Positions 47,301-60,192 of a stretch of DNA of 64,000 nucleotides are shown here, in pieces. Each line of letters starts with the position of its first letter. Position 1 is the stretch's first letter. The position numbers and the translations under genes are program-made. The notes below the pieces were generated by a model. The model was not told where the DNA came from and made no database searches. It saw only the letters and a program-made list of their open reading frames with translations. Source of the stretch: Bilabrum cf. latius (taxonomy: Eukaryota); NCBI GenBank assembly GCA_965178125.1, contig OZ237756.1, forward strand, positions 868,001 to 932,000. The letters are read 5' to 3'.

Positions 47301-50300
47301 AGTAGAACCGCGGGAACTTCTTCTTCTTCATGTCCAGGTAGTCCTTGAGGCTCTTCTGGCACAGCTCCAGCGAGCCCTGCATGTTCTTGAGGCTCTCGAA
47401 CCGGCCCTCCTTGTTGGCGCTCTCCACTGCGTTGGGAGTCTCCACTGCCTGCTTCATCAGCTCCTTGAACTCTGAGTCCACGCCGGAGAAGCGCTTCGTG
47501 TCCTCTGGCAGGGACATCTGGATGTCCTCGGACTCCATGAAGATGACCTCGAGATCCGCCCAGGACTTGGTCACGCTGCTCCACACCTTGAGCGTCTCGT
47601 CCAGCTTGGTCATGTTGCCGTCCCACTCGTCGATCCGCCCCGAGAAGTGCTCCGCGAACTTGCCCATGCCCTTGATGGTCTGCAGCTCCATCTGGTCGTT
47701 CTCGAGCTGCTCGAGCAGCTCCTCCGAGGGCCGGATGAGCCGCACCTCCGTGTCCTTGTGCTGCGCGAAATCGATCGTGAGCGTGTCCCAGTTCTCCTTG
47801 ATCTTGTCCAGCTTGCGCTCGATCTTGGCCTGCTTCTCGGCCGTCTCCACCACGTCTGCCACGTCCACGGCGTGCCTGTGCAGCTGCAGGTCGAAGATCG
47901 TCTCCAGCGAGAAGTTGGGGTCGTGCCTGTCCAGCTTGTCCACACCGCAGATCTCCGCGAGCTTGCCCCAGTGCCTGTCCCTCATGTAGTTCGAGTGCAG
48001 GTCGTTGATCAGCGGCAGCGTCTCGGTCATGTTCTTGATCCTGTTCTCGATTGTCTTGAACACCTTGTAGGCCCGGATCATGGGGTCGGCATCGCCCATC
48101 TTCTTGAGGTAGTCCTTGAGCTTCTTGTTCCTGTCCTCCAGCTCCTCGGTGTTGACCTCCATCCACAGCGTCTGCTCCCAGTCCTCGTACGTCTTGAGAA
48201 TAGCCCCTTGCAGGTCCCACAGCCGCTTGAGCTGGCCCAGCTCCGCCCTCGTGTCGGCGAACTCCTTGAACGGGTGCACCGGCAGCTCGAACAGCTCCAC
48301 CAGCCGGTTCAGCTGCTCGGCGCCCTCCTCCAGCGTCCTGAGGCGCCCGAAGTACTTGTCCAGCAGGGCGTACGCATCGTCGACCGCCCCCTCGAAGCTG
48401 AAGGGGGCCTCCTTCCTGAACTCGTGCCTGAAAGCCCTCACCTGCTGGAAGTACTCCTCCGCCTGGATCTTGACGTTCTTGGTCTCCTCCGTCTGCATCT
48501 GAAAGATGGACTCCTTCTTGGTGAAGGCCCTCGCCGTGGTGTCGCTGAACTTGATGGGGGCCTCTTCCAGGTAGTCGATGACCCTCTTCTCATCCCCCTT
48601 GGCGTGCTCATCCACCACTAGCTCATCCACGGGCCGGCCGTGGGACTTGAGGAGGGCAAGCGTCCGCTTGATGGGCTCGAAGAGGGCCTTGCGCTTCTCC
48701 ATCGACACGTTCACGCTCCTGATGTGCTGCATCACCGTACGCAGAGGGGTCTTGTCGTCCTGCTCGGGGCTCACCTCGATGGCGAGGCCCTCGTTCACGG
48801 AGGCCATAAAGTCGCGCAGCTCCCGCAGCTGGTCCACCACGAGCTGCTCCAAGTGCGACGCGAACACGTTGGACCACCTGCTCAGCGCCTGGGCGATGGC
48901 CAGCTTGGCCGGCTCGGTGTTGATGCGGACCCACCCAAGGTCCAGCGGGGAGGGCATGCGGGCCACCTTGCCCTGCATGGCATGCAGCTCAGTGAGGGCA
49001 GCGTCGTACTGGTCTAGGTCGGGCAGCTCCAGACGGGTCTGCACCCCCTGCGCCACCTCCTCCTGCTCGCCCTCGCCGTCGTCACCGTCCTCCTTGCCCT
49101 CGCCCGCGCCATCGGCACCCTTGCCCCCCTCCTCGGACACGTCGATCACCACCACGGCCTCCTTGCGGAACCGCTCGAATGCCTCGCTGGGGTCCTGCTC
49201 CCACACCCAGCGCAGCTTCTCGTAATCGGCGCGGAGAGAGCCAGTCTCCTCCTCCGTCTTCCTCAGCTGCTCGTTGATGCGGGCCAGCAGCATCTGCACC
49301 TCCACGTCACCCATCATCTCGCGCACGTACTTGCCGTCCGAGTCGTCGAGCCGCTTCACCTGGGCGGCGGCCTGGTAGAATGACTCCACCCAGCCGTTGA
49401 CGATGGACCAGATAGTGGCGCGCTTGCGCTCCTCCTCGCCCTCGCCGTCAGCGGCCCCCGCCTCACCGTCCCTCGGCATCATGCCCGCCGCCTTGAGGAG
49501 TGCCCTCTGCAGCTGCTTCTCCTCGTCCATCTCCTCCTCCTCAAGCACGTCGGGGTCGAAGCGCACCAGGGGCACGCGCCTCACGTCGGGCCTGTCCTCC
49601 TCGTCGCCCCCGCCGGCTCCATACCCCGCCGTGCCGGCCTCCCCGCTCGCCTCCTTCTTCGCCAGCTCCTCCACCTCACCGGGAGTCGCCACCCGCAGCA
49701 TGGCGGCCAGCGGGTCCGCCCTCGCGGCAGAGGCCCTCCGATCCGCAGTGGCCTCGATGAGCGCAGCGTCGTCGTCCACCTTGAGCTTGAGGACCAGCAT
49801 GGGCTGGATGCCGTTCTTCTTGATGTAGGCCGCGTCCAGCTGCTGGGCGAGGTGCTGCAGCGAGAAGAGGACCAGCTTGGAGAGGCCCCGCACCACGATG
49901 CCGTTCACGAAGTCCACGTACGCCACCCAGTTGGGGTGCGTCTTGGAGACGGACATGAGGCCGTGGGAGGCCTTGAGCGTCTTGTCGATCTCCACGCCGT
50001 CCTGCTTGAGCTTCTAAAAGCGGGCGGTGCGGGAGGTCTTGTACACGGTCTCAAACTCCTTGGGTCCAACCGGCTTGGTCTTGCGCTCCAGGAGAGGCGT
50101 CTCCAGCCAGCGGCTCAGCACGGCAGCCACGGCATCCAGGTTCCTCTTGAGGTCAAAGAGCTGCGTGTGCGTGTCCCTGACGACGGCCTGCACGTCCTCC
50201 ACGAACGCGTCGATGCCCTGGGACTTCCAGGTGAGGTCGTGCAGGCCCTTCTGCATGGCCTGGTCGATCTTCTGGATCTGTTGCCGGAGCAGGGGGGCCT

Positions 50301-52833
50301 CCACGGGGAGCATCTCCTGCATCATCTGGTTGTACCGGTGCACCATGAGCTCCAGGGCGCCCGTCTGCTTGCGGAAGGTCTTGGCGTTCTGGTAGATGTC
50401 CAGGGCCTGCTGGGGCACGTCCAGGTCCAGCAGCAAGAAGTACTTGACCTCACGCAGCAGCCGGGTCAGCGCCGGGTCGAAGTTCACGCTCAGCAGCCGC
50501 TGCTCGATGGGATCACCACCGGCGCCGCCGCTCGCCGCCCCACCCTCCTCGTCGGCGGGGTCGTGCCCTCCCCTCCTCAGCCCCCTGACCAGCAGCGGCA
50601 GCAAAAGCTTCTTCTCCGATGTGTCCTCCAGGTCCGCGCTCCACTCCTCGATGCGGGCCCGCTCGAAGTCGTCGAGCGACGCCATGATCGTCGCGAAGAC
50701 CTTGGCCACCTCCTTGGCCTCCTCCCGCTCCATCACGGCGGGGCCCAGCTCCCTCACCTTGGCCATGGGCACCATGATCCTCTCCTTGAGGCCGCGGCAC
50801 CACGTGAGCGCGCCCGCGATGGGCGGCATGTTGCGAGGGACCGGGGGCGCGTCCCTCTCGGTGAGGAAGATCTCCTGCACGCGCTTGAGGTCCGCTCCTT
50901 GCTGATGCACCAGCGCGATGTGCTTGCGCTCCAGCTCGTCCTGAATCACGGGCCTCTCGAGGAGCGCATCGAACGAGTCGAGCACCTTGAAGCGGCCCAT
51001 CACTGTGGCCTGGCTCTCGAACCCCTGGGTCAAGATGGCGGCCAGCCTCCTCTCGAGCTCCCTAAAGGCGGTCCGGAGGGCGTAGTAATCGTCGTCGAAG
51101 GCGGACTCCTCCACCTGCAGGATGTCGTACTTGACCTCCTTGAAGGCGTTCACGGCCGCGTCGAAATCGGCCCGGATGGCCAGCACCGCGGCCTCCAGGG
51201 CGGCGCCCTTGCTGCCACCGATCTCCACCTTCTCCAGCTTGCGGAACTTCTGGATGGCCTCGGTCATCTCGAGAACGTCGTGGCAGCGCTCCACGAACGC
51301 GTCCAGCCGCAGGAAGAGCGCGTTGCTCTGGATGCGCCATGGGTTGTCGGGGCACTCGGCGTTGGCAGTGGCCTTGTAGTCATCGTACGTCCTCTTGAGC
51401 GCGTCGCACACGCCCAGGACCTCCTTGAGCTGAGCAATGGCCTGGCCCTCCGATGCGCTGTCGATGGCCTCGAAGACCGCCTGCCCGTTCACGTGCTCCA
51501 GAGCCGCGTTGATGACCGCGTTGCAGATCATGCGCACGAGGACCACCAGCCTCGCCGGGGAGTTGTAGTACCTCGAGTTCTTCCAGATGAGCAGCACCAC
51601 GTGCAGGATGGGCCTGAAGAGGCGATCGAGCTCCTTGAATTCCTGCGGCGAGGACAGCTTCTGGAACCAAGACTCGAGGGTCCGGAGGTACTTGAGGTTG
51701 TCGTTGGCCTCGGCGCGGGCGGCGAACACCTCCCTGCAGAGCTTGGCGAAGGGGGTACAGTAGGTAGACCGCGACACGTCCAGGAACTGCAGCACTCGCC
51801 TGACCCTCTCGGACTGCAGCTGGTCAAACACGGCGTTGAGGTGGGAGGCCTTGGTCCTCCAGAAGGCGATCTCCGCGTCGGGCGTGGGGTGCGCGCCGCC
51901 CTTGAGCATCTGCTCCGGTTCCTGCCGGAGCACCCCCTTGATCTGCTTGGTCCATGTGACGATTGCGCCCTCCAGCAGGTGCACCTTGTCCTTGGTCGAC
52001 AGGCCGCCCGAGCCCGAGCCCGCGCCCCCTGCGGAACCGGCCCCGCTCGCGGCGCCGCCCTGGTCCAGCACGGGCAAGGGCAGAGCCACCTCTCCCTTGG
52101 TGTGTCCCACCGTCACCGCCACGTGGGCCAGGAAGCTCTGCAGCTTGTCCACGAGCTCCCTCGATGCCACGTCCCCCCAGCCCTTCTGGTTGGAGGGATT
52201 GGTGAGCAGGGGCAGGTAGACGTCCCTGACCACCCTATCGAGGTGCTGGAGGGCATCCGCGGTGAGGTCGTGGCATGTGATGAGTGCGGATGGGTCCTCC
52301 TTATCCACTGGGCCGGCCTGCCCCTTGAGGAAGTAGACCAGCTTGCCGCCCTTGGGAAGCCGCTTCGGGACATCAAGAGCGGTGGTCATGCTGTCAGAAT
52401 ACACGAGGAGCAGGCGCTTTTCAGAGTCCTCCATGAACTGGTCCACGCGCTCCTGCGTCTCGGGGTCCCTCCATCCCTTCTCAAACTTGTCGGGCTGCGG
52501 GATATCAACACACGCAGGCAATCGGGGGGCTCAGTTTCGCGCAGCGATGAATAATTCAGGGAAGCAAGCGACAAGCCAAGGCACTACATCTGAGTAATAT
52601 ACATAATATGGTCACCAGGTCCTTGTAGCTACCGCTGGTTCTGCAACGCCGGAGTGCTTCACACCTAGCCGTTGTAGCACCTTGCACCAGCAAGACGCAC
52701 ACCAAGCAACTCGCGAAGAGAGCAGAGAGCACCTACTAAAGTAGTAACTTACTTTCAAATGCTTATATGCGGTCTTTAGCCTCTGCTCAAGCCATGACTT
52801 GCGGGGATCTGTCTTGGATTCCTCCTCGGCCAT
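38374..52833 (-). CDS. ODA4: Axonemal outer-arm dynein beta-type heavy chain (DNAH9/11/17, ODA4 class), ~4730 aa; intron 52495..52752
   Basis: Complete tail, linker, AAA1-6, stalk and C-terminal domain, with P-loops GPAGTGKT, GIAGSGKT, GTAGTGKS and GVGGSGKQ. All ORF-track pieces share one frame, split only by TAG at 50014, 46708, 43489, 41269, 40636 and 39769; ends TGA TGA. The subtype is an inference from motif memory. Confidence 0.95.
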
Positions 52834-53071
52834 TGTCTCGTCTCCGTCTCAATCACCAGGTGGTTTATAGAGCTGAGAAGCCCAGCTGATGAATCTCAGT
52901 AATCACAAGTAAAGATTGCGAAGAGACTGTAAGTTAGCTACCGGCAGATGCGGCAGCAAACTCGATTAAGGAATCGTCCAGCCGTTTGTCGAATTGTCTG
53001 ATATTTGGAGCTGGTAACGTGCCATAGTATCAACCGGGCGGATCCATGACGATCCGGTGCCTATTTACGAT

Positions 53072-54400
53072 ATGCGGATCATTCTCCCTCGCATATTGCA
53101 TAATCCATTATGGAATAGTGTAATATGTTTCTGTGCAGGCACAGTATGCGCGGCGGGGGCAGCCTTGGTCGGATACTACGCACTATCGCGGTCGAGAAAT
53201 AGAGAGCTCACCCTTTATGATGATGTTCGTGATTTACTTTACTTGAAATCACAAAAAAATGCGCTGGATTCCTCACTGAAATCACTTCCCATCAACATAT
53301 TGGACATCATGATGGCGGGCGCGCGCATCTTTAAATACACCAACCGGACGAGGATCGCGACTTCGAGGACGATGGATAAGCTGGCCTGCATGGCTACGAG
53401 TGCACCTCCAGAGCCCGAGCAATCAGTGCCCCGTCGCGTGCTTTTCAAGTGCGAGTGCTTCTAGCGGAGCGGGTCCTTCAAGTTCCGCGGGGCAACCAAC
53501 GCGGTCCTCTCGCTGAGTGACGAGCAGGCCAAAAAGGGGGTCGTCACGCATTCCTCCGGGAATCACGCCCAGGCCCTGGCCCTCGCAGCCAAGCAGCGAG
53601 GCATACCGGCATACATCGTCATGCCGCGCACGGCCCCAGCCATCAAGCAGAGGGCCGTGAGAGGCTACGGAGCCGAGGTGACGCTGTGCGACCCGAGCAA
53701 CGAGGCCAGGGAACAAGCGGCGCAGGAGGTCGCAAAGCGCACGGGTGCGTTTCTCGTGCACCCCTCCAACGAGCCCATGGTCATGGCGGGCCAGGGAACA
53801 ATGGCCATCGAGCTGCTCGCCTAGGCACGGGAGGAGCTGGGCTCTCCCAGCGACGGGGGGCCAATCCTGGATGCGGTGATCGTGCCAGTGGGCGGGGGCG
53901 GGATGCTATCGGGGGTGGCCGTGGCGCTGCGAACCGTAGACCCCAGAATACGAGTCATCGCAGCGGAGCCCGAGGGCGCTGACGATGCCTATCGATCGCT
54001 TGCTGCAGGTGCCCTGCAGGCCCACAGGGAGGGGCACCCGGACACTGTGGCAGACGGGCTCAAGACGACCCTGGGCAGCAACACGTGGCCCGTGGTGAGG
54101 GATCTGGTGGACCGCGTGGTGCTGGTATCGGAGGAGCAAATCAAGGAGGCGGTGAGGCTCGTGTGGGAGCGGATGAAGCTGGCGGTGGAGCCCAGCGCGG
54201 GGGTGGGTGTGGCGGCTCTGATGAGCGAGGAGGTGAGGGGGATTGCGCGACTGCGACGCATCGGGGTGATCTTGTGCGGGGGCAACGCGGATGTGGGCAA
54301 GGTGGGTGCCTGGCTGTCGGAAGGCAATGAGGCGGGGAGCGATGGCGCAGCAGAAGAGGCGGGGGCGGCTCCTGGTGGGGCGGGGGCGGAGGAGACTTGA
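53072..54400 (+). CDS. SRR: Serine racemase / serine-threonine dehydratase (PLP fold type II); start uncertain
   Basis: FKCECF*RSGSFKFRGA (PLP lysine motif), THSSGNHAQA, GQGTMAIELLA*, VPVGGGGMLSG, DTVADGL, VEPSAGV, ILCGGN. TAGs at 53462 and 53822; stop is TGA. Confidence 0.92.
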
Positions 54401-54775
54401 ATGGCACGAATAATTGGATGTTGGTTTTCTTCGGTGTATTGGTTCGCGCTTCTCGCGAAGATCCAAGTGCCACTTTTTGTGGTCAATCTTGATGCCCTGG
54501 GGCGCACTCGTCACTAGCGCGGCCTGGACTCTTTGGCCCGTTCAGTTTGTCACAGGCTGCTGGGAAGCGAATAGACTAGGAGACACCCAGGCGCGGTATT
54601 TTTGTGCCTGTGTGTTCCCTTGGCGTTGCATTTACCGTAGCATCGCATTTATTGGACTGGCAGAGCAGACCCGCAACCAACCTTTGCAAGACGCTGCTGG
54701 GAGGTACTGGGCTTGATACTCCCATCATAAGGGATTCAATACACGGCCAGCGGCTCTGTACTGAATAGTTTTAGG

Positions 54776-57343
54776 ATGGCTGCGGTTGGCGATCCCAATG
54801 CGCGAATTAAATCCCTCGAGGAGCAGCTCCAGGCTGAAAAGGATAGGTGCAAGCAGATGGATAGGACGGTCACCCGGCTGCGGACGCTGAACTCCAACGG
54901 GGATAAAGAGCTACGACGGGTTAGCGAGATTCTCACAAAGAGTTAGAACGCAAGGGCCTTGCAGGATGCCATCCGAGAGAAGGATGATATGATAAAGAGC
55001 AACAAGATGCTTCAGGACTTGATCCGAACAACGAGTGAGGAAGCAGAGGCACATCGCTCTGCGAAAGAAAAGCTAGAAGCCCAAGTAGAATCATTACATG
55101 CTCGGCTGAGCCATCTTGGAAAGAAGACGGACGGCGAAGGCGAAGCCGCCAAGCCCGAAGCGACCAGCGGGGCGGGCCAGGCAGGCGGGTCCGGGGCGAG
55201 CGCTCCCGCCGAGGCAGAGCCCAGCGCAACGGAGCGCCTGCAGCTGGCCCAGTAGGAGCTGGAGCGCCTGGAAAAAGCCGCCCTGGACGCCAAGCGGCTC
55301 GCATCCGCGGACGAGAGCGACTCGGACGCGAAGGCCAGGAGCGACGCCGCCGAGGAGGCCGTCACATCCGCCAAAGATTGGGTCACAAAACTGGAGGACG
55401 AGGTGCAGGCGGAATCGGAGCGGAAAATCAAGGAGCAGCGGGAGAGGGACCGTGAGCTTAGGAAGGAGAGGACCAAGCAGAGGGAGCTGGAGGCAAGGGC
55501 GAGCAAGGCGGAGGAGGCGCTGGAGGCCGTGCGCAAGGAGCTGGAGGAGGCCAGGGAACAACTGTCCAAGGCCACGGCGCAGCAGGAGCAGGCGGGAAGC
55601 GCCGCGGGTAAGGCGCAGGAGGCTTTGGTGAGGAAGCACGTCGAGGCGGAGGAGCGGGCAAGCGAGCTCTCGTCCAAGCTGGAGGCGGTGGAGGCGGCGC
55701 GGGCGCAGCTGGAGGCATCGCTGGAGGACGAGAGGAAGAAATGGAACGAGGAGAGGGCGGCGCAGGCGGAGCAGATGGTAGATGCGATCGAGCAGGCCAA
55801 GAAATCAGCGGCCGAAGTGGCCGTCAAGGCCGCCATGCAGGACGCCGAGGCCAAGCACGGCAAGGAGCTGGAGGCCGCCCGCAAGGAGGCAAAGGACGCT
55901 GCAGAGGCGGCGGCCAGGGCCAAAGAGGAGGCGGGGCAGGCGGCAAAGCACGAAGACATTGTGGCGAAGCTGACCGAGGCGGCCGCGAAAGCAGAGGAGC
56001 AGGCCAAGGAGTCGGAGGAGAAGGCTGCCGCGGCGGAGAAATCGGCCGAATCGGCGCGGCAAAAGGTGATCTCGAGGGAGAGGAAGATCCAGCAGCTGGG
56101 GGAGGAGGCTGCGCAAGCGGAGAGCAGGGCAAAAGACGAGTCTAGCAGGAGGGAAGAGGCAGAGGCGGCCGCGGCCCAGGCCCACAGGGAACAAGCCAAG
56201 GCAGAGACGCTCGCGCAGGAGCTCAAGGACCGCCTAGAGGCAGCGGAGTAGGCGGCGGAATCGGCGCGCGAGGCGGCCCAGCGGGCGCGAGACGAGCTAG
56301 CGGCGGCCATCGAGGCCCGGACCGCAGCCGAAGAGGCACAGGAGGAGGCCCAGGAAGGCCGCAAGGAGGCCGAGGGCAAGCTCAAGGGGCTGCAGGAGGA
56401 AGCCGACAGGCTGCGGGAGGAAGCCACCAACTTTGAGGACCGCTTGGAGGAGCAGAATGCGAGGCACAGGCTCCACATGAAGAAGACGGAGCAGCTGGTC
56501 AAGGACCTCAAGCCGCAGCTGAGACAGGAGCTGGAGAAGGGCAAGAAGCTCGAGGCAGAGACGGAGAGGCTCAGGCGGGATTTGGACAGGGCACGGGCGG
56601 CCGTGGCCAAGGCGCAGCAGGCCCAGGGAACAAGGGCACCGCAGAGCGCGCCTGGGGTCAGCGGCGGAGGGCCGGGAGGCATGCGAGGCACGCCGACGGG
56701 GAGGGCAGGGGCGGGCGGGGGGCCCGGATCGGCGGGCGCGGGCGCGCGGGCCGGGGCGTCTGTTGCCGGCCGGGGTGGCGGTTCAAGGCGATCTCTACTG
56801 GGTGGAGGTCGAGGCAGGGGCGCGGGCGGGTCGCCGGCCCTGCGTGGCGGCTCTGCTGGGAGCAACGGCAGGGGCAGGGGCAGGGGGCGAGGAGGAGGAA
56901 GAGGAGGAGGTTCCCCCATGCCTGCGGGAGGCGTGGATGCCGAGACCTTGCAGCTGCTGTCGCAGCGGATGCAGGCCGCGGTGCAGCGGGCGGGCGAGCA
57001 CGAGGCCAAGGTCAAGTACTTGGAGGGGACGGTGCGGGAGCTGCAGGGCGAGCTGAAGGCCACCAAGGCGCTGCTGAGGCAGCACACGCGCACGGCCGCT
57101 GCATCCATAGAAGGGGCGGCGGATGCTGCAGTGGAGGCGGCTGCCAAGGGGCCTGGAGCAGTCGTGCAGCTGCGTGCCCTTGCGAGCAAGCGGGGCGAGG
57201 AGATTCAGAGGCTCAAGGGAGACGTGAGGACGATCGCTGGGGAGCTCGCCAAGGTGCAAGGGGGAGGGGACGCGGGTGCGAGTGGGGATGGGGCGGCGGG
57301 AAGCTCGGACGGTGATGCTGCCTCTGGCGGTGATGGAAAATGA
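54776..57343 (+). CDS. Long coiled-coil protein, C-terminus reminiscent of GRIPAP1/CCDC186
   Basis: Single frame through TAGs at 54944, 55253 and 56249; E/K/A-rich heptads; KKTEQLVKDLKPQL and EAKVKYLEGTVRELQGEL motifs. The family call is weak. Confidence 0.75.
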
Positions 57344-57572
57344 GCAGTCCCATCCTGGGATCGCGAGGGTTATTATCTTTAATCAAACTGTGCTGCCGAC
57401 CGCCTCAGTGTCACATCCCGTGCGAGAGGGAACCCCCCGTTCCGATGGATGGGCTCGCATTTATACGTAGTGCGCGGGGCCAAGGGGAGTTGTCTCTGTG
57501 AATTTGACATTTTGACGGCGTAAAGTGGAAGGAATCCATTCAAAAGTGTGCCAAAACGAGCTCGAATTCGAA

Positions 57573-59938
57573 TCAACTCCTCCGTCGGTTGCCCCTTCGC
57601 CTTGGCCTTGCTTGGCTTGCATTGCCCTCTTCCTCGTCCACGCCGCTCCCCGCCCCATCCTCTCCTTCCGCCGCCTCCTCCGGGATGTCCTCGTCCTCCG
57701 CCTCCATGATCGCCTCCACGTATTGCGCCTTCCTCGTGAGCCCTTTCCGACTCACCCCCCTCTCGTCGCATAAAGCCTTGAGCTCGACCGCTTTGAGGCC
57801 CATGAGCTCCTCCTGGCGAGCCTCGGGATCGTATGCCTCTAACCCATCTGGCATCGGCTGCTCGGACGCCTCGCCGCCAGCGCCATCTTCGCCGCCGCTG
57901 GCAGCAGCGGGGCTTGCGTCGCTCTCATCATCTGCGGCAGATGAGTCCCTTCCATTAGCGCTTCCTTTGGAGCTAGGAGATGCACTGGCCTCGGTTGCCA
58001 CCCCGGGCACCACTTCCGCATCGGCGAGGTCTTGCGCAATCTGTGCGGGTCTGGTCCTGGATTTGGTCCGGGCATCCCCCTCCCTCACCGGCATGATCGG
58101 CTTGGTCCTGGGGAGCTGGCTGTATGCGAAGATGCCAACAAACGTCACCACAGCTGCCGCGATCTGCAGCGGGGGCATCTCGTGTCCGAACAGAGCCACG
58201 GACAGCACCATCGTGAGTACTTTGCGCGCGGTTAGCACGAGCGAGATGACCATGGCATCCGCGTTCGCCACCAGAGTCTGCACCCCCAGGATGCACATCA
58301 CCTGCGACAGGCCGTTCAGAAGCACAAACAGGCCAAGGAGAGGCAGGCTGCCCGCCCACTGCCCCACTCTCTATAGCCCACCCGTATCGCTGTTCTTGGC
58401 GGTATCGATCCCGCGCGCGTACCACTGCAACCACCCGGGCAGCGCCGCCCCGCAGCCCACGCCCGCTGCAGTCCCCCCGACCTGGCAGGCAGTGGGAGCA
58501 TCGGCGCCCGCCCACAGCTCCACCTTGCTCTCCAGCCCGAGCCGCGCAGGGCTCGTGTTGTTCCACGCGGCGAGGTTGAACCCGACCTCCATGTCTTCCT
58601 GCCCCGATGCCGGCGGGGCATCGTCACCGGAGACATCGCCGAACACAGCCCACAAGTCGCCCGCCCAGACGGCCGGCGAGACTGCACCGCCCAGCGTGTA
58701 GCTGTCGGGGTGGTTCTGCAGCAGGCGCCTCGCGGTCTTCTGGATGGCTTGTTCCCTGAGGCTCGAGTGCACAGGCAGAGAGGCGTCCAAAGCGGTAGCG
58801 TCCAAAGCGGCGCTATCCCCCAAGTGGTCCTCGTCGTGGCCCTACAGCCCCAGGGTAGCGATATTCCGCATGTGCGCGGCGACCTTCTCCCCCTGCGGCT
58901 TGAGATCCTCGAGCGTCCAGACCAGCAGCGGCAGCAGGCAAAGAGCGTGCGTCCAGAAGGTGGCCTGCTCCGGCCTGCCCCTAAACCGCTTGTTGGTCTC
59001 CCCTTGCATGTGGGTCAGGAAGGAGCCCAGCATCGAGGCAGCAACCAGGCACAGAGCACCGCGCTGACCCCACGCACTGCTCAGGACGTCCTATGGGGTC
59101 AGATCCGAGGCCCAAGCAAATACGGCTCCGAGTCCGTCGGCGCCATCGTCGCCAGCCGCGACGTCGCCTCGGTCACCCCCAGCGGTCCTGCTGATGGCAA
59201 AAGTGGCAGCCCCGGCGAATACCACGAAGGAGGCGACGGCCTGCTGTAGGGTGTAGCGCTTCCTGAACACGAGTGCCCCGATGGCCAGCGTGGTGACGAT
59301 GTGTGACGATCGGATGACAACGTTGAGAGTCTGGTCCACCTTGGGGAACTAAAAGGCGAGGTTGTTGAGCGCGCTCATGGGCAAGAAGATCATCACGTGG
59401 ATGACGTATTCCGATAGAGGCACTTGCGGCAGCTGCAGGTAGGGGAGGGGGACGGGGAGCCCGGGAATCCACGCGCCGAACTGCGAGAGACACGTGGATG
59501 GATCAGATCGCGTGTCAGGTTGGCGAGGAGCTCGTATGGAGGCATCGATGCTGTCCAGACAAATGAAGCAATTAGTAGTATATGTTGAATTCTAAATGTT
59601 TCGCTGCACGAGTGGCGGCAGCCTCTCACTCCGATTGCGTACGGCAGCAAGCACAGCACGACACACGAGTACTGGATAGTCGTGAGGAGCAGTCCCGCCC
59701 CAGGGTCCGCAAATAGCAACGAAATATCATCAGTTCCACCGGAGGCAGTTTTCACGTTTCCTCTGCGGATCTACTAGAGCGTTCTCAGGTATACAGGCAA
59801 AATGTGATCCAGTGTTCTGATACCAATCATTACCTTGATACCTAGGACTCACTCCGTGACGAGCTCCAGGAACACATTGTTAATAATGCATCCACCCAAT
59901 GTGAGCAACAAACCCACGTACAGCCCCGCGGCTGGCAT
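57573..59938 (-). CDS. SLC35B4: Nucleotide-sugar transporter (SLC35B4/YEA4-like) with C-terminal SAP/HeH-like motif; at least 2 introns near the 5' end
   Basis: GGCIINNVFLEL, PGAGLLLTTIQY, LNNLAF*FPKVDQTLNVVIRSS..RKRY, FWTHALCLP, NGLSQVMCILGV, LVLTARKVLTMVLSVALF. TAGs at 59349, 59091, 58842 and 58371; stop is TGA. Confidence 0.82.
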
Positions 59939-60192
59939 CGTGCAAAATACTTGCCGATGGCCGACCAACGGCTCGTTGCTTTTCCGGTTTGCCGAATCGA
60001 AAATGCGAGGAGGTTAGCACCGTTCTTACACAGCGATAAGACAGGTTTGGTTGCAACATATTGTAGTCAATTGAATAAACGGTATTAAAGTGAACCAATC
60101 GGCTACCTATGCCATCGTGGGACTTGATTATTATTACTGGGCACGGTAAGCTGCGATTGGTTCCGTCATTTCGTCGCTGCTCTCGGGAAGTT

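Noticed and set aside
39769-50016. In-frame TAGs as 3' ends of tiny introns
   Set aside because: Sequence on both sides aligns without gaps to the family motifs (e.g. RIIT*PGGHAMLVG, CECF*RSGSFK), leaving no room for an intron.
34966-52833. Functional ciliary gene cluster (CCDC65 next to dynein)
   Set aside because: Only two genes, from different axonemal complexes; adjacency is plausible by chance.
38374-54400. Dynein and serine racemase as pseudogenes or sequencing errors
   Set aside because: The interruptions are exclusively TAG, with no frameshifts, intact catalytic motifs and strong codon bias, and they fall on Gln positions.
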